Positions 8,484 through 17,967 of a stretch of DNA of 64,000 nt are shown here, piece by piece; position 1 is the stretch's first letter; each line of letters opens with the position of its first letter. This stretch comes from an uncultured bacterium (GTDB lineage: Bacteria > Oederibacteriota > Oederibacteriia > Oederibacteriales > Oederibacteriaceae): NCBI GenBank assembly GCA_965112635.1, contig OZ218778.1, positions 1 through 64,000 of the forward strand. Direction: 5' to 3'. A program made the position numbers and the translations under genes. The notes under the pieces were generated by a model that saw nothing but the letters and a program-made list of their open reading frames with translations, made no database searches and was not told the DNA's origin.

Positions 8484-8798
8484 TTAAATGACCAGCTTGT
8501 TGTCCTTCCTTTTGGGCGGGTCATTGGAAGGCCTGGTGGGGACCGGCGGGTTGTTCTTAAAGGTCTTGGAACACTCCGCGTTGATCTTGCCGTACTCCGT
8601 GTCCTCATCCACTGAGGAAACAATGGCTCCGACAGGGCATTCCGACAGGCAGACCCCGCAGTCAATGCAGGTCTCCGGGTCAATGGCCATGAAAGGCTTG
8701 CCCTGGTATTCCCCCGGATGGATGGAATTGGTCGGGCACACGCTGGCGCAGGTCCCGTAACGCTCATCCAGGCATTTATTGGTTATGACATGGGCCAT
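8484..8798 (-). CDS. Dicluster (7Fe-type) ferredoxin
   Basis: HVIT.KC....Y..C..VCP...I and IDPETCIDCGVCLSECPVGAI. Confidence 0.9.
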   Translation of the reverse strand: MAHVITNKCLDERYGTCASVCPTNSIHPGEYQGKPFMAIDPETCIDCGVCLSECPVGAIVSSVDEDTEYGKINAECSKTFKNNPPVPTRPSNDPPKRKDNKLVI

Positions 8799-8936
8799 AA
8801 AAAACCTCCTTTTAGATTGGGAATAAATTTAAGTATTCCGTTTTGATTTTTGTACCATAGACACGGAACAATGTCAAAATGTAAGGTCATCTATTGAGCG
8901 CTCTACGCTACCTTGCCCAAAGCACCTGCATGTGGG

Positions 8937-9012
8937 TGGTGAGCCGGGAGCGGATCGAACGCTCGACACTCGCCTTAAAAGGGCGATGCTCTACCAACTG
9001 AGCTACCGGCCC
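8937..9012 (-). tRNA. tRNA-Lys(UUU)
   Basis: GGGCCGGTAGCTCAGTTGGTAGAGCATCGCCCTTTTAAGGCGAGTGTCGAGCGTTCGATCCGCTCCCGGCTCACCA: 76-nt cloverleaf with TTT anticodon and encoded CCA. Confidence 0.96.
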
Positions 9013-9074
9013 ACCGTTAATGGGCTAAAAACGATTTCTGTCAAATCCTCAAACGCACACTGGTTTATCCCAGA

Positions 9075-9193
9075 GCGTACTCGGCTGAAAGCCGAGAGCT
9101 ACAAACATGCTTGCCTTTTTGAATAATGCGTTTCCTCTCAAGCATGTTTGCACCGAAACAGCTTTCGGTGCCGGCCCACCGTTAATGGGCTAA
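9075..9193 (-). repeat. Degenerate 5' copy of tRNA-Lys interrupted by hairpins
   Basis: 23-bp direct repeat at 9006-9028 and 9171-9193. On the minus strand GGGCCG..GTAGCTC is split by CACCGAAA..TTTCGGTG and CAAACATGCTTG..CAAGCATGTTTG palindromes. Confidence 0.6.
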
Positions 9194-9204
9194 TTGAAAA
9201 AGCT

Positions 9205-9233
9205 ATTATGAATGATGCCTTTTCTAAAATCAA
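9205..9233 (-). promoter_or_regulatory. Sigma70-like promoter upstream of the tRNA locus
   Basis: TTGATT-17 nt-CATAAT on the minus strand. Confidence 0.5.
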
Positions 9234-9267
9234 TCTTAAAACATAATATCTGGGCTCTTTAAGTGAT

Positions 9268-10074
9268 TTACTTCTTGTTTGTGCACACTATCTCGATGGG
9301 CATCATTGAATTAAGCTGGGGGATGTTTCTTAACATGGCCAAGCGCTGTAAACAGTGGTTTAAACTGGCCTGGATATTTTTGGTCAGAGGTAAACCGTGG
9401 CCTGGGAAGACCAGGTCGGGCTGCAACTTCTTTATCTTTAACAACGAACGCTTATAATCACCCAGATTACCTCCAAAAGTGAAAGAGACCCAGCCAATGA
9501 TGCCCTTTCCAGTATGGGGCTGATCGCCGATCGCCGTGTCTCCGGAAAAAAATATCCGCCTGCCCCCTCGTTGCGCCGAGAGACCAATGCCCCCTGGAGT
9601 GTGTCCGGGGATATGGAGTACCTTCAATGACCATGAGCCTACCTTGAGCGTATCCTTATCGTGGAGGCAGCGGTCCACCCGGATAGGTTTTAATTTTTCC
9701 AAGCTCACAAAAGGCCAGCGATAGCCTCCCAGACGGCACCCATCACCCTTCAAAAGGATATTGGCCTCAAGGAAATGGGCAAAAACGGGTATTTTCAGCC
9801 TGCGTTGCAGATACCAGGCTCCCTGGCTGTGGTCAGCGTGGTAATGGGTAAGGATGACCTTCTTGATGCGATTCAAAGAAAAACCCGCGCTGCGGATATT
9901 AGCGCCTATTTGTTTCCAGGACTGTCCCCAGCCCGGATCAATGATGGCCAGCTCATCCCCGCCGTCAATGAGGTAAACATTGCCGTCTCCAGGTCCGCTC
10001 AAAGGTTTGAGCCCGCCCCAATCCGACCTTCCCACCAGATATATCCCGTCGAACAGCCTGATGGCTCCGGGCAT
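9268..10074 (-). CDS. MBL-fold metallo-hydrolase
   Basis: THYHADH, PGHTPG, FSGD, PGHG. Confidence 0.9.
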   Translation of the reverse strand: MPGAIRLFDGIYLVGRSDWGGLKPLSGPGDGNVYLIDGGDELAIIDPGWGQSWKQIGANIRSAGFSLNRIKKVILTHYHADHSQGAWYLQRRLKIPVFAHFLEANILLKGDGCRLGGYRWPFVSLEKLKPIRVDRCLHDKDTLKVGSWSLKVLHIPGHTPGGIGLSAQRGGRRIFFSGDTAIGDQPHTGKGIIGWVSFTFGGNLGDYKRSLLKIKKLQPDLVFPGHGLPLTKNIQASLNHCLQRLAMLRNIPQLNSMMPIEIVCTNKK

Positions 10075-10077
10075 GGT

Positions 10078-11145
10078 TTAGAGTCCCTTGAATCTAGCGA
10101 ACAACCGGTCGGCGTTCTTATGATAAATGCGTTTCAATACAGGGTCAGGCAGGTTCAGGCCGTAGATCTTCCAGCGGCCCTGGCCCGGATAACCCGTAGG
10201 CTCAAAATAGTCGTCAGCGGTCTCCAGCCAGCGGAAATAATTTTGGTAAACGCCATCTCCAGGCCTGTTGTCAATGCCGAACAGGATGCGGTCGGAATAA
10301 TCCAAAAACAGTTTCCTCGCCCGGTTGGGCTGGCGGCCCAGCTCCGCGGCGCGGGCCGCGAAATCCATCATCACGTTGGGACACCGGTCCAGCAGGTTTT
10401 CCGCGTAGTCCAGGTTCTCCGGATAGGCCATATGCACGGCCACGAAATTTGTCTCGCGGTGTTTTTTGAACAGCCTGAACTGGGCGTCCAGAACCTGCTT
10501 TAAGGACGGATAATCCTTGCCGTAAAAATGCCAGCTGGGGTTGGCGACGAGCTCGTCGTAACGCTCATTGAATTTATCCAGGGGCTTGAAAAAAGCAGCG
10601 GGGTCGCCTGAATGGATGGAGACCGGGATGCCCAGGCTGGCGCACTCTTCCCAGATGGGGTCCCACTGGGGACTATCCACCTTGATAAGCCGGCCAGCCC
10701 TGTCGCGGCACACCAGGCCCAGCTCTTTGAGGACTTTAAACCCTCTTGCCCCGCGCCTGACACTGTCCCTGACCTGCCATGCTGTCTGTTTTCCAAAATC
10801 AGGCTCCGCGGCCCTGCTATAGTCCGGCTCGGTATAGACAATGAAGCGCTTGGGATAGGGTTTGACCATTTTGTCCAGGATACTCTGCAGCTTGTCTCCC
10901 CAGCCTCCTGTCAGGATGACGATGGTCCTGACGTTCAGGCGGTCCATCATCTTGACCAGTTTGCTTGGCTCCATCTCCCAGTGCCAGTCTTGATTCTCCG
11001 GGCTGGAGGCGTCATTGATATGGTTGTGCATGTCTACTACGGGAAATTTCGCTTGCCTGACAAGATGCTCCTGGACGGCCAGCATGGAAACGGGAGCAAA
11101 ATCCTGGAGTAAAAGATTGTTTTTACGGTGAGACTGCTTTTTCAT
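10078..11145 (-). CDS. Amidohydrolase_2 family protein
   Basis: DMHNH, GARGFK, PVSIH.GDP, DRILFG.D. Confidence 0.88.
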   Translation of the reverse strand: MKKQSHRKNNLLLQDFAPVSMLAVQEHLVRQAKFPVVDMHNHINDASSPENQDWHWEMEPSKLVKMMDRLNVRTIVILTGGWGDKLQSILDKMVKPYPKRFIVYTEPDYSRAAEPDFGKQTAWQVRDSVRRGARGFKVLKELGLVCRDRAGRLIKVDSPQWDPIWEECASLGIPVSIHSGDPAAFFKPLDKFNERYDELVANPSWHFYGKDYPSLKQVLDAQFRLFKKHRETNFVAVHMAYPENLDYAENLLDRCPNVMMDFAARAAELGRQPNRARKLFLDYSDRILFGIDNRPGDGVYQNYFRWLETADDYFEPTGYPGQGRWKIYGLNLPDPVLKRIYHKNADRLFARFKGL

Positions 11146-11164
11146 AGTTAACCTTCTGGTCAGT

Positions 11165-12013
11165 TTAGAGGAGTTTCCCCAGCCTGGCGTCCACTTCCTG
11201 ACTGAAACGGTCGATAAAGCTGGACACGAACTTTTTGATATCCAGAGCCGGGTCCTTGACCAGGGGGGTTAAATCCATCCCAAAGATCAAGCCGGTGGCC
11301 GTGTCCACTCCGTGCGAGGCAAAATAGGTGGCATGGGCCCTGCGCCGGCCCTGGGAGGCCAGGTCGTACCTTTTGCCTCCGCTGACCTGGGAATCAAAGA
11401 TGCTGGTCAGGGCCATCCCCAGGTTCTCATGGCTGGAAACATCAAAGACCTTCTTATCCTCGTCCAGCATCCAATCCAGGTCCCGCCACACCTCGCAGCC
11501 GTAAACGGCCTGGGGCCTCATTGCCGCTGGCAGCTCCCGGAGCGCCTGGATGGTCCGCAAAGCCACGGCCACATGGGTGTCGTGTTTATCGGCCAGGTTG
11601 TGGGTATAGATAGTGGAAGGTTTGGCCGCCTTGACCAGTTCCACGATGTCCTGCTTGGGGTTCTGGTTCTTGGCGTCTTTCATGGCCGAACTGGGATAGT
11701 CCAGGAAAACCTGGCAGCTGTAACGGCCCACGGTCGCGGCTTTTTTTTGCTCTACCCGGCGCACCTTTTGCATCTCCTCATCCGTGTATTTCGCGTAGAT
11801 CCCGTCCCGAGGGCTGCCCGCCCCGTTGGTCACTACCACGCCGGCGAACCAGTCTTTGTCGCTCTCAAAGCATTTCAAGATGCCGTGATACATCCCTATC
11901 TCCAGGTCGTCCTGGTGCGCCACAATGCCCATCATCGTGGTGCGCTGCAGTGCCTTTTCTTCGGGCTGGTTATCCGGAACAAAAAGCTCTGATGAAAGAT
12001 TGCGAAATTTCAT
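11165..12013 (-). CDS. PIG-L family deacetylase
   Basis: AHQDDLE, VVTNG, RR.EQ..AA, H..H (DKHDTH). Confidence 0.9.
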   Translation of the reverse strand: MKFRNLSSELFVPDNQPEEKALQRTTMMGIVAHQDDLEIGMYHGILKCFESDKDWFAGVVVTNGAGSPRDGIYAKYTDEEMQKVRRVEQKKAATVGRYSCQVFLDYPSSAMKDAKNQNPKQDIVELVKAAKPSTIYTHNLADKHDTHVAVALRTIQALRELPAAMRPQAVYGCEVWRDLDWMLDEDKKVFDVSSHENLGMALTSIFDSQVSGGKRYDLASQGRRRAHATYFASHGVDTATGLIFGMDLTPLVKDPALDIKKFVSSFIDRFSQEVDARLGKLL

Positions 12014-12023
12014 GGTCTCTCTC

Positions 12024-13430
12024 CTATCTGAATTTTACGACCGGTAAACTGGCCGCCGCGATGGACTGCCCTACTCGTCGGCTTTTCTCGTCGGGCAGCT
12101 GCAGATGGATGGTTTTGGCCAAGTCGGGGAACTCCCTGGCTAGCACTTCATTGGCCTTGTCCAGGATGATCTGCCCGCCTTCACCCGAAGTCACCCTGCC
12201 CAAGATGAGAATGCTCTTGATCTCGTAAAAATCCGCGTAAAGAGCCATGCCATAACCGGTGTAAACGCCAATGGTCTCAAAAATCTTTTTAGCCCGCGCG
12301 TCTCCCTGTTTCATGAGGTCCTGCACAGCTTTGAGCTTTTCCGGAAGCCCCATTTCTTGGTCCAAGCTGATCCCGGCCTGTTCGGCCAGCCGCGGGATGG
12401 CCTGCTGGGAAAAATACTGCACCCCGCAGCCGATATCTCCGGACCATTCGTCTGCCGGAGCAGTGGGTTCGAAATCCACGGGCGTAAAGGCCAGCTCGTC
12501 CAGCCAGCCCGTGATGTTGCCCTCATGGTTGACGAATCCTCCGGCCTCGCTGGACCCCATGGCCACGCCCAGCACGCTGTTGGTATTGAGGCTCATAGAC
12601 CCGGCCAGGGCCGTCACTTCGCCGTCATTGACCACCTCAAAGGGGACTCCCCAATCTTTGCGCATGCGGATAAAGATATCTTTCCCCCTTTTATTAAAAA
12701 CGTCCTTGGGTACTCCCCGGAACAGGGACGCGATCCTCACCCGGCTGTTGATGATGACGCCGGCCGAACTCCCGCCAATGGCGTCCACCCTGGGCATGGC
12801 TGCCGCGGCCTTGTGCAGGGCCGACATGATCTCATGATAATGGTATTCGGGATCGGACTGGTTCCTGGGGTCCCATATCACTTCCTCACTGAACACGGCC
12901 TTGCCGTCAATGACCGCGCTGACTTTCCTGTCGCTGGCTCCTAGATCGAACCCGATGCGGCACCCTTTTAAATGTCTTCCCAGAGGGACTGACTTTTCCT
13001 TGTCTTGGGGGACTTTGGCGGCCTCGCATATCACCACCTGGAAAGGTTTCTCATAAATGGTGGTCATGACGTCGGCGTCAAAGACCCTTTCACCCTTGGG
13101 GCCAAAGACCTTTTTCAGATACTGCCCGATCTCCTTGGGGCCTCCCGCGTAGACCTTGTAGCCTCCGCGATAATACAGTAACCCCTTGACCAGCCGTTCC
13201 ACATACAAAAGGTTTTCCTGGAAAAGCTCGTGGCCGGAGGGGAAAACCTGCGTCTTGACCACCGACACAGAACCGTCCGCCCGCTCCAACCCGATGACCA
13301 TGGCTACTCCGCGCTTGGAACTGCGCACTTTTTCCAAAAAGGCGCGGTTCCACAGCGCTGCCGGCCGGAACTTATCGTCCAGCACAGGTTTGACCTTTGG
13401 CTTTGCCAGAGGGATCAGCCGTTCTGCCAC
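12024..13430 (-). CDS. ROK family sugar kinase with N-terminal extension
   Basis: IGFDLGASDRK, VVNDGEVTALAG, G.AMGSS..GG. Confidence 0.88.
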   Translation of the reverse strand: MAERLIPLAKPKVKPVLDDKFRPAALWNRAFLEKVRSSKRGVAMVIGLERADGSVSVVKTQVFPSGHELFQENLLYVERLVKGLLYYRGGYKVYAGGPKEIGQYLKKVFGPKGERVFDADVMTTIYEKPFQVVICEAAKVPQDKEKSVPLGRHLKGCRIGFDLGASDRKVSAVIDGKAVFSEEVIWDPRNQSDPEYHYHEIMSALHKAAAAMPRVDAIGGSSAGVIINSRVRIASLFRGVPKDVFNKRGKDIFIRMRKDWGVPFEVVNDGEVTALAGSMSLNTNSVLGVAMGSSEAGGFVNHEGNITGWLDELAFTPVDFEPTAPADEWSGDIGCGVQYFSQQAIPRLAEQAGISLDQEMGLPEKLKAVQDLMKQGDARAKKIFETIGVYTGYGMALYADFYEIKSILILGRVTSGEGGQIILDKANEVLAREFPDLAKTIHLQLPDEKSRRVGQSIAAASLPVVKFR

Positions 13431-13451
13431 TTTAAATAACCTCCCGTAAAT

Positions 13452-14459
13452 TTAAAGAGCCACTTTCTTTTTGCTGGAAAGCGACTGGAACTCCTTGAAC
13501 ACTACGCCAAGCGTTTTGAGCGCGCTCTCAGCCGTGACGATAGTCGGCTTTTTACCGGCTTTGAGGCAGTCCGCCCAGTATTTGACCTCGTTGTAATAAC
13601 CTCCCAGGTCGGAGATATTGCCGCCGCCTTTGACCTGGATCTTGACCTTGGAGATCGGGATGAGGCTGCTCTTGCCGTTCCTGTAAAGGGTCATGGGTTT
13701 GTCCTTGCTGGCGTACTCTACGACCGTGTTATCGGCGAACCGCGCCCTGAAATTCATACTGAAACCGCAGCCAGGGTCCAGGTCCCACCCGCCTTCGGCA
13801 TAGACCGCCGTGTCGGGATATTCATAGGTCGTGAACACATGGTCCCACCCCCGTTTGGATTTGGTGCCGGTGGTATTGACGGATTTGGGTTGGCCCAGCA
13901 GGTAGGTGATGTAATCCGTGTCATGGATATGCAGGTCCAGGGCCGCGCCTCCGGACAACTTTTCGTGGCCATACCAGTTGTTCCAGGCAAAGGCCGGGAA
14001 CGACCCTATCCTGGTGCAAACCAGGGAGGTCAATCTGCCGTACTTTTTCGAGTCCACGATCTTCTTGAGCTCCACATATTCCGGCCAAAAACGGCAGACC
14101 ATGCCCAGCATCATTTTTACCCCGGCCTTGCGGACGGCTCGGACCATTTCTGCGGCGTCCTTGGGGTTACGCGCCATGGGTTTTTCGCAAAAGACGTGCT
14201 TGCCGGCCTTGGCGGCCTTGAGGGTGTATTGTTTATGGAGGTAAGTCGGCACGCAGACGTCCACGGCGTCCAGGCTGGGGTCGTTGATGAGCGCATCGGC
14301 GTTCTTGTAGATCTTGCAGCCGGTCATCTTGGCCACGGCCTTTGCTTCGCTCAGGCGTATATCCGCGACCCCTACCAGCTGGCATCCCGGAATGACCTTG
14401 TAACAGTTGGAATGCATCTTACCCATGAAACCGCAACCAATGACACCGAATTTGATCAT
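13452..14459 (-). CDS. Gfo/Idh/MocA family oxidoreductase
   Basis: GVIGCGFMG..H, HVFCEKP, GGAALDLHIHD. True start is ATG 14459 or 14462 after SD AGGAGG; the ORF-track extension to 14618 crosses an intergenic element. Confidence 0.92.
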   Translation of the reverse strand: MIKFGVIGCGFMGKMHSNCYKVIPGCQLVGVADIRLSEAKAVAKMTGCKIYKNADALINDPSLDAVDVCVPTYLHKQYTLKAAKAGKHVFCEKPMARNPKDAAEMVRAVRKAGVKMMLGMVCRFWPEYVELKKIVDSKKYGRLTSLVCTRIGSFPAFAWNNWYGHEKLSGGAALDLHIHDTDYITYLLGQPKSVNTTGTKSKRGWDHVFTTYEYPDTAVYAEGGWDLDPGCGFSMNFRARFADNTVVEYASKDKPMTLYRNGKSSLIPISKVKIQVKGGGNISDLGGYYNEVKYWADCLKAGKKPTIVTAESALKTLGVVFKEFQSLSSKKKVAL

Positions 14460-14513
14460 CATACCCTCCTTAATGATTTTTTCCCTGGGCCGCGGCCCGG
14501 GGGATGGTTTATG

Positions 14514-14665
14514 ACTACTGCCGAGAAAACCCCCGGCCTCGCCCTCAAGGTGCGTGTCCATGAGGACATTAGGCCGGGGATGGACGGCAGCCCGAGTGTA
14601 ACGAGGAGGAACAAACAAAATATCTCCTCCTTACGAAAACCCCGCCCTTTAGGGCGGGGAAGTTT
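14514..14665. mobile_element. Non-autonomous IS200/IS605-type palindromic mini-element (PATE-like)
   Basis: Two IS605-like end hairpins, CCCCGGCCT..AGGCCGGGG and AAACCCCGCCCTTTAGGGCGGGG, with an internal GGAGGA..TCCTCC stem and no ORF. Confidence 0.6.
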
Positions 14666-15503
14666 ATTTTCTCCCTAAGATCGCGTCCATGCTGGACGAG
14701 GTCTCCCGGATAAGACTCTCCGGGTGGTGCTTTTGCGGAAATAGCTCGGCGGTCAGATATCCGTTGTATTTGATATCTTTTAAAGCTGCCATGACCTCGG
14801 GCCAGTTGACGTCCCCGTATAGCAGGTTGACGAACCCCTCGGCTGTCCCAACATTTTTCTTAAAATCTTTGAAATGGATCTTCTTGATACGGCTGCCCAG
14901 GATCCTGATCCATTGCTCTGGAAAACCATAGGGAATGACATTGCCCACGTCAAAATAGGAACCCACATACTTACTGCCCGTCGCGTCGATAAAATCCCTC
15001 ATTTCAGTCGGGCTCAGGAGGAATTTGTTCCACACATTTTCCACGGCAATGCAAACTTGATATTTTTCAGCGACAGGCGCCAGTTCTTTCATAGCCTTGA
15101 GCGAGCGGTCATAGACCAGATCATAGGGCTGGATCTTGAATCCTGGCTTGAAAAAAACATCCACTGCCCCGGGCACCACCAGGATGGCATCAACGCCCAG
15201 CCAGCTGGCGACTTCCAGCATCTTTTTCACGATACCTTTGGCTTTTTCGCGCTCTGCCGCGTTGTCGCTGGACAGTGAATAATCCCAGAACAAACCGGAA
15301 GCCAGGCTGCTGATCTCTATCTTGGCTGCTTTGGCAGTTTCAACAATTTTCTGGATGTCATTTTGGGTTGAGCCAAGGTTTATCTCGCCCTGTTCCGCCA
15401 TGGCCACCTCGACGCTTTCAAAACCGGCTTCTTTGGCTGATTTAAAACAATCTTTCAACTTCATGTTCCCTGGAAATGCCCACTGCGAGATGCCTTTTTT
15501 CAT
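14664..15503 (-). CDS. Sugar phosphate isomerase/epimerase (xylose-isomerase-like TIM barrel)
   Basis: AGFESVE, ENVWNKFLLSP.E, FDVGN, IHFKDF, GDVNW, GYLTAE. Confidence 0.9.
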   Translation of the reverse strand: MKKGISQWAFPGNMKLKDCFKSAKEAGFESVEVAMAEQGEINLGSTQNDIQKIVETAKAAKIEISSLASGLFWDYSLSSDNAAEREKAKGIVKKMLEVASWLGVDAILVVPGAVDVFFKPGFKIQPYDLVYDRSLKAMKELAPVAEKYQVCIAVENVWNKFLLSPTEMRDFIDATGSKYVGSYFDVGNVIPYGFPEQWIRILGSRIKKIHFKDFKKNVGTAEGFVNLLYGDVNWPEVMAALKDIKYNGYLTAELFPQKHHPESLIRETSSSMDAILGRK

Positions 15504-15636
15504 GGAAGCTTCCTCCTGTTTTATGAAATGAATGCGGGCGAATATGGGTTTGATTATCCTTTAAATTTTTTAAAAAATCAATTCCACAACAAGAACGCAA
15601 AACTGCTCTGCAAACATCAAATAAGGTCGCCTGCCC

Positions 15637-15665
15637 TTGACGGAACCACCTAGGATGTATAGTAT
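15637..15665 (+). promoter_or_regulatory. Sigma70-like promoter
   Basis: TTGACG-17 nt-TAGTAT upstream of the aminotransferase gene. Confidence 0.5.
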
Positions 15666-15731
15666 ATAAATCTAAATCCGCTCTCTATTTAACCTGAAGT
15701 GAGGGACAAATCTTATAAGGAGGTTCTTTTT

Positions 15732-16847
15732 ATGGCAAAAATGACGGTCGGCTTTTACGGCCATACCAAACAATACCACAATCTAAAAAAGGAGATCGAC
15801 CAGGCCATCAGCACGGTCCTGGAAAGCGGCAAGTATGTCATGGGCCCTGCTGTTCCCAAATTTGAAAAAGAACTGGCGGCCTACTGCGGGACCAAATTTG
15901 CAGTAGGACTCAACTCGGGAACCGATGCGCTGTGGCTTCCTTTAATGGCCATGGGGATCGGCAAGGGCGATGAAGTCATTACCACTACTAATACTTTCTT
16001 TGCCACCGCTGAGGGTATCTGGATCGCCGGCGCCAAGCCAATATTCGTGGAAATGGACCCCAAGACCTATAACATTGATGTGACCAAGATAGAAGCCAAG
16101 ATCACTCCCAAAACCAAAGCCATTATCCCCGTGCACCTCTACGGCCAGCCGGCCAACCTGCCTGAGATCTGGAAGATCGCTAAAAAACACAATTTGAAAG
16201 TCATTGAGGACTGCGCCCAAGCCCTGGGTGCCAAAGGCGACACCTTTAAGCTGGCCGAACAAAGCGATGTGCTGGCAACCAGCTTTATCATCCAGAAAAA
16301 CCTGGGTTGTTTTGGCGACGGCGGTGCTATCGTGACCAATAATGCGGCCATAGCCGAAAGAGTTACGGCTCTGCGGAACCACGGCTCTCTGAAACGCTCG
16401 GTCCACAGCATGGGTTACAACAGCCGGTTGGACGACATCCACGCCGCGACCTTGAGTGTCAAACTGACCCAGCTCGACAAATGGAGCGCTAGGCGCCGCG
16501 AGATCGCCAAGCGGTATGATCAAGGGCTCGGAAAGATCGGAGTAGAGATACCGTACTGCACACCGGGTTACTCTCATGTATATCATCTGTATGTGATCCA
16601 TACCGACAAACGGGATGACCTGCAGAAGTTCCTGCTGGACGAAGGCATTACGGCCCTCACCCACTATCCTATCAACATCCATAAACAACAGGGTTATCCG
16701 TGGGGCTATCCGGCGGACATGAATCTCTCTTTCCCCTTGTCGGAAAGGTCGGCGGACAGGTGCCTTTCCCTGCCCATGTTCCCTGAACTGACCGACGATG
16801 AGCTGGCATATACGATTGACGCCTTGAAGAAATGGTTTAAAAAATGA
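15732..16847 (+). CDS. DegT/DnrJ/EryC1/StrS family PLP aminotransferase
   Basis: NSGTDAL, GDEVIT, PVHLYGQP, IEDCAQA.G, SF...KNLG.FGDGG, GYNSRLD, LSLPMFP; ATG 15732 after SD AAGGAGG. Confidence 0.93.
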   Translation: MAKMTVGFYGHTKQYHNLKKEIDQAISTVLESGKYVMGPAVPKFEKELAAYCGTKFAVGLNSGTDALWLPLMAMGIGKGDEVITTTNTFFATAEGIWIAGAKPIFVEMDPKTYNIDVTKIEAKITPKTKAIIPVHLYGQPANLPEIWKIAKKHNLKVIEDCAQALGAKGDTFKLAEQSDVLATSFIIQKNLGCFGDGGAIVTNNAAIAERVTALRNHGSLKRSVHSMGYNSRLDDIHAATLSVKLTQLDKWSARRREIAKRYDQGLGKIGVEIPYCTPGYSHVYHLYVIHTDKRDDLQKFLLDEGITALTHYPINIHKQQGYPWGYPADMNLSFPLSERSADRCLSLPMFPELTDDELAYTIDALKKWFKK

Positions 16848-17920
16848 AAAAAGATAAATATACAGTTGTTGTAGCCGGGTTGGGCAAAAGAGGGAAAAAC
16901 CACGCCTCCCATTTTGCCAAGAACCCCAGGTTCCAGGTGGTCGGGGTCTGCGATATCGACCCGGCCAAAGTGGACGCTGTCAAAAAAGAGTTGAACGTCC
17001 CCTCAGCCGGTTCGGACGCCCGCAAACTCCTCAAAGAGCTGAAACCCGACGTTTTTTGCTTCTGCACTATGCCCAATATCCGGCTGGATTTTATCAAGGC
17101 CGGCATTGAGGCGGGCGTGCAGCTCATCGCCTATGAAAAACCCATGGCCATGTCCTTCAACGAAGCCCTGGACATGATCACGGTTTTGCGCAATGCCAAG
17201 ATGAAAAGCGTGGTCAGCCACCAGCATCGTTACGGTGAGCATTACCGCAAGGTCAAGGAGATCATCGACAGCGGCGCCATCGGCAAAGTGCACACGGTTT
17301 ACGGGATGTCCACAGGCTGGATGATGCACATGATGACCCATATGATCGATTACAGCCGCTGGTATAACGGAAACGCGGACGCCGAGTGGGTCATGGGCCA
17401 GGCCAGCGGGACCGTCAAACTCAAGGACATCCACCCGTCCCCGGACTACATCGCCGGGCTCATCCAGTTCAAGAACGGGGTCAGAGGCATCATTGAGTGC
17501 GGGGCCGGCGCGCCGGATGTGCCTGAGGTGGATTACTGGTGGCGGAAATGCCGTATCGGCGCCCAGGGAACGGAAGGTTTTGCCGAGGTTTTAACCGGCA
17601 ATGGCTGGAGAGCCGTGACTAAAGATTCCAAAGGGGTCATTTCCGGTCCGGGCTGCATGAACTACGACCTGGACATGCCTGGTTACATCCAGGATATCGC
17701 CAACTGGCTGGATGACGAGAGCAAGGTCCATCCCTGCAATAGCGAAGAGGCCTTCAAAGGTTTTGAGATCATGATGGGGATCTGCCGCTCTGTGGTGTCC
17801 GGAGGCCAGGTCAAGCTGCCCCTGGCCAAGGGGGATTCCGAGCTGGATGCCCTGGCTAAAAAAGTGGCCGGCACCCCCACCCTATCCACGACCGCCGAAA
17901 CAGCCAAACAATTCTCCTAA
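16844..17920 (+). CDS. Gfo/Idh/MocA family oxidoreductase
   Basis: VAGLGKRG..H, YEKPMA, HQHRY, I.SGAIG; 4-bp overlap with the upstream gene. Confidence 0.88.
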   Translation: MKKDKYTVVVAGLGKRGKNHASHFAKNPRFQVVGVCDIDPAKVDAVKKELNVPSAGSDARKLLKELKPDVFCFCTMPNIRLDFIKAGIEAGVQLIAYEKPMAMSFNEALDMITVLRNAKMKSVVSHQHRYGEHYRKVKEIIDSGAIGKVHTVYGMSTGWMMHMMTHMIDYSRWYNGNADAEWVMGQASGTVKLKDIHPSPDYIAGLIQFKNGVRGIIECGAGAPDVPEVDYWWRKCRIGAQGTEGFAEVLTGNGWRAVTKDSKGVISGPGCMNYDLDMPGYIQDIANWLDDESKVHPCNSEEAFKGFEIMMGICRSVVSGGQVKLPLAKGDSELDALAKKVAGTPTLSTTAETAKQFS

Positions 17921-17967
17921 GGCGGACCGCTTAATAAGGTTGAACAGTCGCGGTCAGCAGGGAAGGA

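Noticed and set aside
8932-9126. 64-aa plus-strand ORF
   Set aside because: Antisense to tRNA-Lys.
14463-14618. N-terminal extension of the Gfo/Idh/MocA ORF
   Set aside because: Read-through of the palindromic intergenic element; the SD and Rossmann motif place the start at 14459 or 14462.
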